This document shows positions 15,868 through 31,400 of a DNA stretch of 64,000 nt, one piece after another. The position numbers were made by a program, and so were the translations under genes. The DNA comes from Eledone cirrhosa (lineage: Eukaryota), in the NCBI GenBank assembly GCA_964016885.1, contig OZ024752.1, forward strand, positions 9,238,001 through 9,302,000, in the 5' to 3' direction. Position 1 is the first letter of the stretch. Every line of letters starts with the position of its first letter. The notes under the pieces were generated by a model. The model ran no database searches. It was not told where the DNA came from and saw nothing but the letters and a program-made list of their open reading frames with translations.

Positions 15868-16449
15868 GCTCAAGTATTAATGTAAGGGAGATATATAGAG
15901 AGATATAGAGAGATATAGAGAGAGAAAAAATTTAAAAATAGCCAGACATATTCGAGGCGTAGAAAACCCTATGTTTTAATGTATTAGTATTTATAAAACT
16001 TACACTATATTGTAAATATCAGTATTCCTGAATGAAACAAGTATTCACAATGCGTGAAAATTCATTATCTTATGTTTAGTTTTTAAAAAAATTCATATGT
16101 CTATGTGAATTCAACTGATTCACTCCGCAAATTCAAAGTTACCGGAAAACATTCTCAATGTGGTATAAAAATTTGAGCGTATTATTATTCTTGCGATTAC
16201 TCTACAAGATTATCTATCAAGCAGAAATAGAGAGCAGATTTCAATATACTAATCGAAAATATATATTATAATATAAGCAGAGATAACAATAATAATGATA
16301 ATAAGTAAAAATATATAAAAATATAAAAATATAGAATAGAAAACTAAAAAAGAATATTACGAAAGAATATTACATAATAAAAATATTGCATATTAAAAAT
16401 ACTACGTATTAAAAATATTACGTATTAAAACTTTACATATAAAAAAATA

Positions 16450-16772
16450 TTAAAAATAAAAAAATAAAAAATTTACATATAAAAATATTAAAAATAAAAA
16501 TAAAATAAAATAAAAAATAAAAATATTATAGAATACTACAATACTAAAAGAATAAAAATAAAAATAAAAATAAAAATAAAAATAAAAATAAAAATAAAAA
16601 TAAAAATAAAAATAAAAATAAAAATAAAAATAAAAATAAAAATAAAAATAAAAATAAAAATAAAAATAAAAATATAAATAAAAATAAAAATAAAAATAAA
16701 AATAAAAATAAAAATAAAAATAAAAATAAAAATAAAAATAAAAATAAAAATAAAAATGAAAATAAAAATAAA
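16450..16772. repeat. (AAAAAT)n microsatellite inside the family F 3' UTR
   Basis: Directly visible. Confidence 0.95.
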
Positions 16773-17149
16773 CCACAAAGAACAACCCTTCAAAGTTAAT
16801 TGACAATATATTGCCAAGTTCACTACAAGACAAAGCCAAAAATTATCTATCAAATCACATCTAGCAAGGAATATCGCAAAAAAGATTATGATGTCCAATA
16901 ATGTCTACATATGTTCCTATATTTAATATATAAGTTTATCAAGTGTAAGGTTAATTCAAAAAATTTGGAGCATCGGCTTTTAGGGTAGCTTAATTTTTCA
17001 TGAGGAATGTTTAGATAAAAATAAAAATAAAAATAAAAATAAATAAAATAAAATAAACAATAAAAAGAGTAAAAAGAGGGAATCAAAGATTTAGGAATCA
17101 AAAGATTTATCGGCTAGTTCTCATATAAATATAAATCAGACTAAATATA

Positions 17150-19363
17150 CTACATTTTAAATTTAAATTTATATTTAAACGTTGAGTTTAATCTATGTTT
17201 GCAACAACTGAATAAATTTGTCCGTAGGTTAAGGGAATTTTTAGATTTTAGTATAAAGAATATCTCCTCTGCGCAGAGGTCACATGTCTCAGAGGATGAA
17301 TTAAAAGGAATCCCTCTTGAGACTATATTCCAAGCCGTCGAATATCTAACGTTATCTAGCTTAAGTTGCCAGAGTACACCTGATAGTGCCGTTGAAGATT
17401 TTTTATTTGGATCTGTGAAAGAATTCTTGTGGTTATTATAGCGAAGTTTAAATTCCGTCGATGTGGAACCGACGTAGTTAAAAGAATTAGAGTGAGTATT
17501 AACATTACAATTGTATACTATATTTTTAACTAAGCAGTTGTTATTTAACGGACATTTAGATCTATCTCTACAGTTACATTTGTTAACTTGTATATTATTT
17601 ATGCTATTATCAGTAGGTTTTAAGTTCCTATTATTTATTCTATTAATATTTTGTGCTAAATTTTTGGTGGATGAGTAGGTTAATTTAATTGTATGCCTAT
17701 TGAAGATTGAGTGGTACCTATGTGTTCTAGGGAAGCGATTATCAAGAGCTTTGAAAAATAATTTAGCGATGTGGGTTTTAATGTTTAGTGAGAAAGGGGG
17801 GGCAAACCAAACTATGTTCCTAGTTCTATTTCTTTTTTGTCCTTTGGAATTATTGTAATGCTTTCTATTATAGTTGTTAATGTTGTTGCCGTAATTAAAA
17901 AAGTTGTTACTTTGTTTAGTTTGTTTATCATTATCTATGTACACAATCTTATCAGCATACCCTGCCCTAGCTAGTGCATCATTATAGTATTGGGCCTTTT
18001 CGTCAAAAATCTTTCTATTCGACGAGATCCTAGAGATACGTTTTTGGACTGAGTTTACTATAGTGTTTTTGACAGATCTGGGGTGGTTAGAGTTAAAGTT
18101 GACATAGTTTAAGTTTTCATTCAACTTGTGAAAAGGATAGTGGAGACATGTGTTGAGATTTAATGTTATATCTAGGGAAATTGACTATTCTATGGTTGTT
18201 CTCAATTCTATTTTAAGGTTAAAGTAATTAAAAAATTTTGTAATTTGTTTACATTTTCTATTTAGTTCAGGGTTATTATTATTAATAAGTAAAAGCATGT
18301 CATCCCTATATAAACCTCCGGTAGTACCAGGTATTTTCCTATGTAGCGAATTGATTAAAAATAAGCCCACAAGGTCAGTTACCTGAGCTGAGTCGGAAGA
18401 TCCCATAGTTATGTCAAAATTGCTATCTCTATCTGCTCTGGTCCATAATTTGTCATCAAATTCTATCAAAGTTTTCCTAGCCGATAATATAATATGCATT
18501 TCTTTGCTAGTTAGGTCCGTATGTTTGAATGCGTAATTTAGTGCCTTATTTAGTAGACTAGGGGTAATAGAAGAATAATAGTTAGCTATATCAAGTTGAA
18601 TAAACCTATTATTATTGTCATATTTAATTTGCCTAAACCACTCAACAACCTCTCCAGTTCCCTTCCACAAGCTCAGGTTAGATACATAATCCAAGTTCTT
18701 AATTTGCAGTATCACCCTGTCAAGAATGTTTTTGCTTAATTTGCCCAGGTCCGATTTTGAAGGTGCGATCAATCTAACTGGCAGGTCAATCTCAAAATTC
18801 CTCTTGTGGTCTTTCATATTGATCTTCGGTTTCCTGGGCACGAAAGGTTGTGTTCTGTTCTCAATTTCCAACTCATGCATTATACAAGATGCTTCAACAT
18901 TCATTTTCTCAAGTTCGGTCTTATCTGCTACCTTGTATTTTTTCCTCAGCTCTTTCAGTATGAGGCCATTATACATGTCTTTCTGCACCCCATAGAGGTT
19001 GTTGGTCTTGTCAGATTTCACCAAGATCTTCTCAGTTTTCTCTAAGCTCTCAATGTTATCCTTAATGCCTTTCAGATATTCCTGGCCTTTAAAGTTTCTC
19101 TTGAATTTGACCCCTTGTATGATAGAAATTATATCGTTTTCAAAGTCAGATAAAAGTTTGTTAGGGGGTGGATTTCTTTTAGATTTGAAAACTTTGTTTA
19201 AGTCCGAGATATTTTCGTCTGCATTAAATTTATCAAAGTGGAATGCACGCCTCCTGATTCTCCTTATAAAAGAGTCAGATTTATCTATTAGTTGTTTTAC
19301 AAAGTCTTTGTTTCTAGGTAGAGGTATGTCTTTTAGAGAGGAAGTAATCTTAAAGAATTCCAT
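17150..19363 (-). pseudogene. PLE RT-GIY-YIG polyprotein of about 737 codons, interrupted by one TAG inside a -1/+1 indel pair
   Basis: ORFs 18185-19363 and 17150-18124 are in the same frame. Motifs KSDKTNN, KDHK, RLIAP, LDIANYY, TMGS, YRDD, CNCRDRSKC, IVY..YVG, CDLC. Confidence 0.88.
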
Positions 19364-19542
19364 TTTTCAGTTATAATATAAAGCGCTCAACAGTATTGGA
19401 GCAAGATACATGGAAAGTTATATTTAAAATTGTTGGGTTACAACTAGTAAATATTTATAACTGATATAAAAGCACTCGACAAATACTTGGAGTATATTTA
19501 CAATATTAAATAAATGGAAAACTATATTTATAAAACCATATT

Positions 19543-19608
19543 TATTTCATTATATATATTTCGGGGATATCATATTAACAATATGCTATGCCTTCATCAG
19601 ACAAAATA
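19543..19608 (-). ncRNA. Hammerhead ribozyme (family F 5' pLTR)
   Basis: Identical to 15388-15453. Confidence 0.75.
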
Positions 19609-20013
19609 CAATATAAACAGTTTTATAGATAAATATATTCGACATACCGTAATAAACATCAACTTCATTTGAAGAGGTTTACTCTAGCAGTGAAAATACA
19701 GAGAGAAAGAAAGAGAGAGAGAAAAAAGAGAGAGAGAAAAAAAAAGAGAGAGAGAAAAGAGGGAAATAAGAAAGAAAGAAAGACAAAACGAAGAAAAGGA
19801 AGAAAAAGAAGAAAAAGAAAAAGAAGAAATGCATGGGACAAAATAGAGAGATGGAAAAATAGATTAAAGCGAAGAGCTTCATGTAAAGAGACAGAAAGAG
19901 AGATATATATATATATAGAGAGAGAGGAAATAGAGATAGATACATATATAAATATAGATATAGAAAAATTAGGTAGTGGGAGGTCATTTTGAGTAAGTGT
20001 ATCAATGATGCAT

Positions 20014-20064
<51 letters not shown>

Positions 20065-20419
20065 GCTCAAGTATTAATGTAAGGGAGATATATAGAGAGA
20101 TATAGAGAGATATATAGAGAGAAAAAAATTTAAAAATAGCCAGACATATTCGAGGCGTAGAAAACCCTATGTTTTAATGTATTAGTATTTATAAAACTTA
20201 CACTATATTGTAAATATCAGTATTCCTGAATGAAACAAGTATTCACATTCTTCTTTTTCTTCCTTTTCTTCGTTTTGTCTTTCTTTCTTTCTTATTTCCC
20301 TCTTTTCGCTCTCTCTTTCTTTCTCTCTGTATTTTCACTGCTAGAGTAAACTCTTCAAATGAAGTTGATGTTTATTACGGTATGTCGAATATATTTATCT
20401 ATAAAGACTGTTTATATTG

Positions 20420-20485
20420 TATTTTGTCTGATGAGGGGCATAGCATATTGTTAATATGATATCCCGAAATATATATAATGAAATA
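20420..20485 (+). ncRNA. Hammerhead ribozyme (family F inverted arm)
   Basis: CTGATGA ggg...ccc GAAA tatata TA atgaaata. Confidence 0.75.
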
Positions 20486-20619
20486 AATATGGTTTTGATA
20501 AATATAGTTTTCCATTTATTTAATATTGTAAATATACTCCAAGTATTTGTCGAGTGCTTTTATATCAGTGTATAATATTTACTAGTTGTAACCCAACAAT
20601 TTTAAATATAACTTTACAT

Positions 20620-23080
<2,461 letters not shown>

Positions 23081-23211
23081 AAGGGAGAGAATTGGGACTG
23101 TGTAACACTCCACTTATCAAATAGGCAGTATATGGTTAGCTCAATGTCAGAGGACAGAGCCGTAATACAATTAACAACAAAGAGCGCTTAGAACATAGGT
23201 ATATCTTTAAT

Positions 23212-23257
23212 TGCTAACAGTGTTTCGTCCACACTAGAAGTGGGACTCTTCAGAGCA
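23212..23257 (-). ncRNA. Hammerhead ribozyme (family G left arm)
   Basis: Reverse complement of 26221-26266. Confidence 0.8.
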
Positions 23258-26220
23258 TAAAGAGTAAATACATAGTATACAAGCATTGACAAAGCCAAAA
23301 CAGAAGAATATATGTGGGGATACCATAAGTTGGGAGGAGTAAAATAAAAAAAAAATAAAAAAAAAATAAAAAAAAAATAAAAAAATAAAAATAAAAATAA
23401 AATTAAAAATAAAAATAAAAATAAAAATAAAAATAAAAATAAAAATAAAAATAAAAATAAAAATAAAAATAAAAATAAAAATAAAAATAAAAATAAAAAT
23501 AAAAATAAAAATAAAAATAAAAATAAAAATAAAAATAAAAATAAAAATAAAAATAAAAATAAAAATAAAAATAAAAATAAAAATAAAAATGAAAAATAAG
23601 AAATGTTATCACTCACAGTTGGGCAGGGTTACGTTAATATACAGCTACATACAAGTATACGCATAAGCATGAGCACCCGCATGCACCTACACACAAGCAC
23701 CCGTATGCAACACATACAGTATACACTAATACAAATAACATATCATAGACGGATGGGCACAAGTTAAGAGATAGAGATAGATAAAAAATAGATAAGAGGT
23801 AGATAAAAATAGATAAAAAATAGATAAAAAATAGTTAAGAAATAGATAAAAAATAGATAAAAGATAAAAAATAAAATAAAATAAAATAAAATAAAATAAA
23901 ATAAAATAAAATAAAATAAAATAAAATAAAGTAAAGTAAAATATACACCAGAAGATAAATAAAACAATACACCAAAAAAAAAATACACCCCAAAAAATGG
24001 ATGTAATAAATGTGATGTAATACATCTATGTAGAGTGTGTACTGCGTTATAAGATGCACAATTGATTATATTTAACCTGCCCCTCGCATTTTATCTTATT
24101 TTAGTTTATTTAATTACCTTGTCGACTCGGAGTGAACCAATGGGCCTGTGCCCAAATGGGACGGAGATTTAGCCAGTCACTGTGAGCTGACCTGTGCCAT
24201 CTCGCCGTGGGCAGTAGATACGGAGTACATGTATGTGTTACCCTCCTATTCTGCGGTTCACAGTCTACATGCTGACTTTGGGGTGTTTTTGCCCGGTGTT
24301 GTATTTTTGGCATAGTTGGCCTTCCATAGATTGACGCTCTGTGTTATTCTCCCAAGAATAACGTTTTGGCCCCGATAGCCTTCCGTATTCATTAACAGTT
24401 TGTTTATACTTGAATCTGGTGACTACACGTGTGAATACGCATCTCCTCATAAGGTTTTATTTTGAATATTAATCGTGATTACTCTGGCTAATTTACTGTG
24501 AAACTACATTATCTGCGACCAGTGAGAGCAACTGTTATGGGTTTTTGACTTTTGTTAGCTGGGTAAGATATTTTTTGTGTAATATATCCGCGTAGATTTG
24601 GGTGTCTGGTGCGGTGTGTGTGTGTGTATGTATACATTTATGTGTATATACGTGTACGTGTATATATATATATATACTGTCTCTGTATATATGTGTATGT
24701 ATACTGTCTCTGTATATACATGTTTGTGTGTATGTGTGTATGTATAAGTATACATATACTGTCTCTGGACTAACCCTAATGTTGCGTACATTCTTGCGAT
24801 GCCGGATTGTTGCTCAATGTTGTGATTTTGTGGTTATCGGCTTTGAAGCTATTTGTTATGCACGTTGTTGAGTTTTCTTATATTAAATGGTATGCATAAT
24901 AACCTGCTTCACCTGACTGTGTTTTACCACCTGCACTTGCCTGCTTCTGGTCACTAATATGCGCCTCAGTTATTTGCCTCTTGATGTTCGTGCTGCTGTA
25001 TATGAATTTGCCTGCAACCTTCCCAGCATATGCTCCTGCTTGTGATACGGATACACCTTGTTAACCAATTAATTCTTGCCTGAGTGCTCAACTCTATGAA
25101 TGCACATCTGTGTATTGAACTTTGGAGTGTGAACTTTTTGGGATTGCCCAACCGCTCAACTCTATGAATGCACACCTGTGGATTGTGAACTTTTGGGACT
25201 GTCCAACCTGGGATGTTTCCATTGCATTGTAATGGTCCACTCAATCTAGTGCGGACATAGCATCTGTTCATAAAAAATAAAAAATAAAAAATCTCATTCG
25301 AACACTCTATTGTTGAACTGCGGCTAACTGCAACACCTAAGGCGTTCGTGTGCTCCTGATATATTCCATATATCACCATGAGTCAACCCTAGTGTCACCT
25401 TAGGATTTATATAATATTATTATTACATGCCCTAATAATTACCATCTTGATTACCCTTATTACATCTTTTTACCCCCAGTTACATTTTTATAAATATGCA
25501 TTACTTGGACTGATATGTGTATATATATGTATATATATCCTTATATATACGTCTCTTTTATATATATTTTTTATATATATTTTTGTATATATTTTTGTAT
25601 ATTTTATATATTGTACGTATATCACTTGTTGAACATAGCTTGATAGCTTATGCATTTGCCAGTCTTATCTTTACCCACACCTTCCTTTATGGTGTATATT
25701 TTACTCCATTTTTTTTGGTGTATTGTTTTATTTATCTTCTGGTGTATATTTTACTTTACTTTATTTTATTTTATTTTATTTTATTTTTTATCTTTTATCT
25801 ATTTTTTATCTATTTTTTATCTATTTCTTATCTATTTTTATCTATTTTTTATGTATTTTTTATCTATTTTTTATCTACCTCTTATCTATTTTTTATCTAT
25901 CTCTATCTCTTAACTTGTGCCCATCCGTCTATGATATGTTATTTGTATTAGTGTATACTGTATGTGTTGCATACGGGTGCTTGTGTGTAGGTGCATGCGG
26001 GTGCTCATGCTTATGCGTATACTTGTATGTAGCTGTATGTTAACGTAACCCTGCCCAACTGTGAGTGATAACATTTCTTATTTTTCATTTTTATTTTTAT
26101 TTTTATTTTTATTTTTATTTTACTCTTTTCTTATTTTACTCCTCCCAACTTATGGTATCCCCACATATATTCTTCTGTTTTGGCTTTGTCAATGCTTGTA
26201 TACTATGTATTTACTCTTTA

Positions 26221-26266
26221 TGCTCTGAAGAGTCCCACTTCTAGTGTGGACGAAACACTGTTAGCA
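26221..26266 (+). ncRNA. Hammerhead ribozyme (family G right arm)
   Basis: tgct-CTGAAGA-gtcc/ggac-GAAA-cactg-TT-agca. Confidence 0.8.
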
Positions 26267-26397
26267 ATTAAAGATATACCTATGTTCTAAGCGCTCTTTG
26301 TTGTTAATTGTATTACGCTCTGTCCTCTGACATTGAGCTAACCATATACTGCCTATTTGATAAGTGGAGTGTTACACACTCCCAATTCTCTCCCTTA

Positions 26398-26442
<45 letters not shown>

Positions 26443-26477
26443 TTATATGTATATATATATATATATATATTTATATG

Positions 26478-26515
<38 letters not shown>

Positions 26516-26527
26516 TATATGTATATG

Positions 26528-26605
<78 letters not shown>

Positions 26606-26610
<5 letters not shown>

Positions 26611-27467
26611 TGTTATACTTTGGGAGGGTCATGTTGCCAATAAGAAACACACGCACCAGTTGCTTTCACTTCAATTTATTATATATTTATAAATTTATAA
26701 ATTTACAAATTTACAAACCTATAAATTTCTGGTTGGTTGGTTGGTTCCACAACCAGATAGTTGTTTATATATAGTCATAGTCATTTCGTCACACACTCTG
26801 TGACCTCTTCAGTGACTGGGGATTCCTTTCTTCGTTTCTGTGCCTTTCCTTTCTTCTATCCTACGCCATTTTGTTTCTGTGTGTGTGCTGTGTGCTCAGT
26901 TTGCGCATGCGCCACATCCGGGTGTCTGTGTGTGTTTGTGTTCATTTTTCTATTTGTTTATTTATTTATTTATTTATTGTTGGTGGTTGTTTGTTCTATG
27001 TGTGTGTGTGTTTTCATTTTGTCCTGTGTGTGTTTTCATTTTGTGTGTGTTTTCATTTTGTCCTTAATTGTAAGTTGTTTGTTCTATGTGTGTTCTCGTG
27101 TGTTTTCATTTTGTCCTTAATTGTAAGTTGTGATGTTGCTGTTCCACTCATATTTTCTATTTAATTTTGGTTTTAATTCTTTTATGCTTACTGCCTCTGT
27201 AATTTGCCTAAACATTGCGTCTCTTCTGTGTGTGGATTCTATTTTTATTTCTATGCTCTCTAATCTACCCCTGTGTTCTATCTTAGCATGTTGGTAGAGC
27301 ACAGATGATTCTTTATTATCTTGGAGGTCTCGCCAGTGTTCATTTATTCGTTCCCCTATACTACGAGCTGTCTCACCTATGTACACTATATTTTTGTTTC
27401 TACATTGTCCTTCAGTACATCTTATGCTATACACTACATTTCTAGTTTTACAGTTAATATGGGGGCT
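26606..27467 (-). mobile_element. 5'-truncated Neptune-like PLE (family H): GIY-YIG domain plus pLTR
   Basis: INCKTRNVVYSIRC...YIGETARSIGERINEH...EAVSIKELKPKLN, with an HHR at about 26773-26817 (-). Confidence 0.85.
26773..26817 (-). ncRNA. Minimal hammerhead ribozyme (family H)
   Basis: agtca-CTGAAGA-g-gtcaca/tgtgac-GAAA-tgac-TA-tgact. Confidence 0.72.
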
Positions 27468-28250
27468 TATATATATATATATATATATATATGCATATAT
27501 ATATATATATGCATATGCATATATATATATATGCATAAAATCCCTGATCAGCAAAACCTACCCTTTTAAGAAAACCCACTGTACCAATAGGAAATGTATC
27601 ATATGTAAGGTGAACCCCCGGATAAACTGTAAAACTAGAAACGTAGTCTATAGCATAAGATGTACAGAGGGTACTTGCAGAAACACGACAACAACATACA
27701 TAGGTGAGACAGCTCGTAGCATAGGTGAAAGGATAGACCAACACTGGGGGGAACTAAAAGGACGAAAAAACGGGTCAGTACTATACGAACATGCTAGACA
27801 ACAACATGACGGTAACATAGACAACATAGAAATTAGAATAATATCTAAACACAGGAATGACCCAGCAGATAGGCAAATCAGAGAGGCCAGTGAAATAGAA
27901 ATTAGAAGACCAAAGCTAAACAGAAAGAATGAGTGGAACAACAACAACACCCAAACAAACAACACTGACCTAAGAGAAGTATAAATAAATAAGTAAATTA
28001 AATAAAATAAAATAAGATAAATAAATACATACACAAGCACATAAACACACACTAGTCACCCAGCAGACACAACACTATACACACTAGTCACACATCACAC
28101 ATAACACTATACACACACGCAAACGCATGCGCAAAGAAGACAAAATAAAATAAGATAAACAAACAAGCAAATAAATAAATAAATATATAGACAGACTGAA
28201 CAAAAAAAATGGCGTAGACATACAACACAACAGGAGGAACAATGAATATA

Positions 28251-28293
28251 ACATCACTGACGATGTTGCAGATGTGCAACGAAAGATTTATGT
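28251..28293 (+). ncRNA. Minimal hammerhead-like motif (family I; second copy 32388-32430)
   Basis: CTGACGA-t-gttgca/tgcaac-GAAA-gatt-TA, with a weak stem I. Confidence 0.6.
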
Positions 28294-28488
28294 AAATTAT
28301 GTAAACTATATATATATGTGTTTGTCTATATTGTATCTGTATTATTTTTGACCGCCGGTCAGTCAATGGCAACATTGAGGACCGAGTAAGTTAGATCGCA
28401 GATATATATATATAAAAGACAGCGAGAAGCGAAAACCAACCAAACAGTGAGTGTGTTCTGTTATTAATTCTGGCAATATTACGCAAAT

Positions 28489-31400
28489 ATGACCCTCCCC
28501 AAATATAACAATATCTGTTTCGACACACGATTTCATATAAAAAACCTCGCAAAACTAATTCATCGCCGCTATGGCATTAGCTTGTGCCAAGCTGAAAGGT
28601 TATTGAAAGACACTGTTTTCTGTTATATAAAAACTACAATAACAACAGAACAAATCCGCTTCTTAAAACACTGTGTTTCCTCCAAAACATACACAACAAA
28701 CATATCAAAACAAGTAAATAATTTATTATTGAACAAAACACAAGCTGAACGGCTAAAACACACAATAACAGTTAATATGAAAAGAACAACATACACAAAA
28801 GTCAACGCACTCTACAGACAAAAACGCATCAACGGTAAGGAAATCCGAAATCTCATCACAGCAAACGAGAGAGATGACTTCATGAGCGTCATCCGACGCG
28901 AAACGAAATATGCTCAAAACGAATGCTGTAGGCATTTCAAGAAGAAATTAGAATGGATGAATAAGAAAAAACTACAAGAAAGGAAAATCGAATATTCTCA
29001 AAAATACCCAGATAACATCGACAACATCCGTATGTGTGATGTAAAACTACCGGAAGAATTTACCAATGACCACACAGTAAATATCTATGGGAACACTTTA
29101 ATCAGTGAACAAGAACAACAAATCCTAAAGTTACCACCAAAATTTGCCATCTACAAAAAGATTAACCCTATGGAATGCAAAACGGAGCTGGAAAAGTGTT
29201 TCACAAAAATACGTTGGAATGCAAAGGTAAACAACAACAACAATAATAACGGTAGTAGTAATATAAACAATAACTCTGGGTATAGAAATAACAGCCATAA
29301 CCATAACAATGGCAGGAAAGTGAGAAATAGTGATAATGGTAATAATACTAGCGATAGACAGAACAACAACAACCACAATAATAATAATAATAGAAACGTT
29401 AACCACAGACACAGCAACAGTGACCACAGTAGTAATAACGGTAACAATACGAACAACAACAACAACAATAACCACAGTGGTAATAATGGAAATAGTACAT
29501 GTAGCAACATCAACAAAAACAAGAAACATAATAATAGTAACAACCACAATGGTAGAAATAGCAGTAACAACAACAACAATAACGGTGAAGTAAACAACAA
29601 TACATCTAGCAATCATAACAATAATAATATTAATGCTAATGATAGAAACAACAACAACCACCATGATAACAATAATAGCAACACACACAACTATGACGAT
29701 AGAAATAACGACAACCCCTTAGAGAAACTATTTTTCAACCCAGCTGACAAAACATATAAGATGGGTAATATCTATCCTACGAGGTTACCCTTTAATAAAA
29801 GAGTTTGCATACCACAGCAAATAGATGACGAGACGGAGGCACAGTTCACCATAGCTAGAAATAAGATTAGACAAGTAGTAGACAGGTACACTATGAGACA
29901 GAGCAGACCAGAGGCCCAACAACTTGGGATAAAACCTGTAGAAGGCTTGGTTAGCCTCAAGCAGCGCACAAGGGATGGTGAGGTAGTGTGTCTACCCACA
30001 GATAAGTCCGGTAGGATGTCAATAGATAGCATGCCGAACTACATCGAGGCAATGCAACCCCACATCACCAACACGAGCGAAGTTGCACAACTAACACACG
30101 ATGGGAGAGAAAAAATCCTCAACGCTCACATGATGATGTGGACTGACATCCTAAAGCCAAGCAGACGCACTGCCAACAACTTCCAGGCGTCTAACAATGG
30201 CATACCACCCTTGTATGGGCTCCGCAAAGACCACAAGACAGTCGACGACCCGACAACAGGACCACCAACAAGACCCGTATGCGGAGCTAATATAGCTAGC
30301 AACTACAGGATCTCCTACTTCCTCTCAATGGTTATACGCCCCATAATCAAGATGTCCCCAGATGTATGTGAAAGTACAGAGGACCTCCTCAGCAGAATCA
30401 GTGAGTGCAACAAAAACAGGAGCCTATCCAACTGCATAATAGGCAGCATGGATGTGGTGTCACTGTACCCATCCATTAACATTGATTTTGCTGTGAAAAG
30501 ATGTGTGGAGATGATCATTGAGAGTGAGGTGGAGTTCTGCGACGTCGACACAGACGAACTGGGCCTCCTACTTAGACTTACCTACGACACTGACTACCTA
30601 GACAGCCATGACCTTAGATGTTTCTGCCCTAGTAGACCTATAAGAGGTAGACCCCCCACCATAACCTCAATGGCTAAAAAGACTCCCATAGGAAGGTGGA
30701 TTGGGTGGACCAAAGCTATACGGACCCCCCAAAACACTGATCAGGTAAGAAAAATGGTCGCACATGCAATAGGGGCTAGTATCAAAACTACCCTAAAGGG
30801 CCACATATTTAAGTTCAATGAGAAAATCTACACCCAAAATGAGGGAGCAGCCATCGGCGTCAGCATAGCTGGTGATGTTGCCAACCTTTTCATGGTATGG
30901 TGGGAAAGGAGACTTAAAGATCTCCTTAATGAAAGCTCCATAGACCTCATCATGTACTCTCGTTATGTAGACGATATCAATATAGTTATAAGAACACCCC
31001 CACTAGAGAGCACTAACAAGTTTGATTTAGAACGTAGCACGATGGAAAGCATCCAGCAGATAGCTAATTCCATACACCAGAGTATAACTGTAACTATAGA
31101 CTTCCCTTCCAAACACCCTAACAATAGACTACCTGTATTAGACACAGAACTCTGGATTAACACTATAGACGAGAGAGCCCAAATTCTCCACTCACACTAT
31201 GCTAAACCCATGGCCTCCAAATACCTGATACTCAAAAACTCAGCAATGTCCAGTAGTGCTAAGTTTAATATTCTGATCGCAGATTTGGTACGAGTGATGA
31301 AGAATGTGTCCAGCTTGTGCGACCCAACAGAAATGGAAGGACACATCCAACACTTCATCAACCGCATGCAGTTCTCTGGCTACAACCAAAGAGACAGAGT

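Larger units (their letters stand above)
23081..26397. mobile_element. Non-coding fold-back element (family G) with HHR-bearing terminal inverted arms
   Basis: Arms about 23081-23985 / 25705-26397 are reverse complements that differ in (AAAAAT)n length. No RT or EN recognised in the 1.7-kb spacer. TA flanks. Confidence 0.8.

Noticed and set aside
18185-18187. Programmed readthrough or selenocysteine recoding in the family F ORF
   Set aside because: The stop is TAG, not TGA, and it lies in a locally frameshifted segment.
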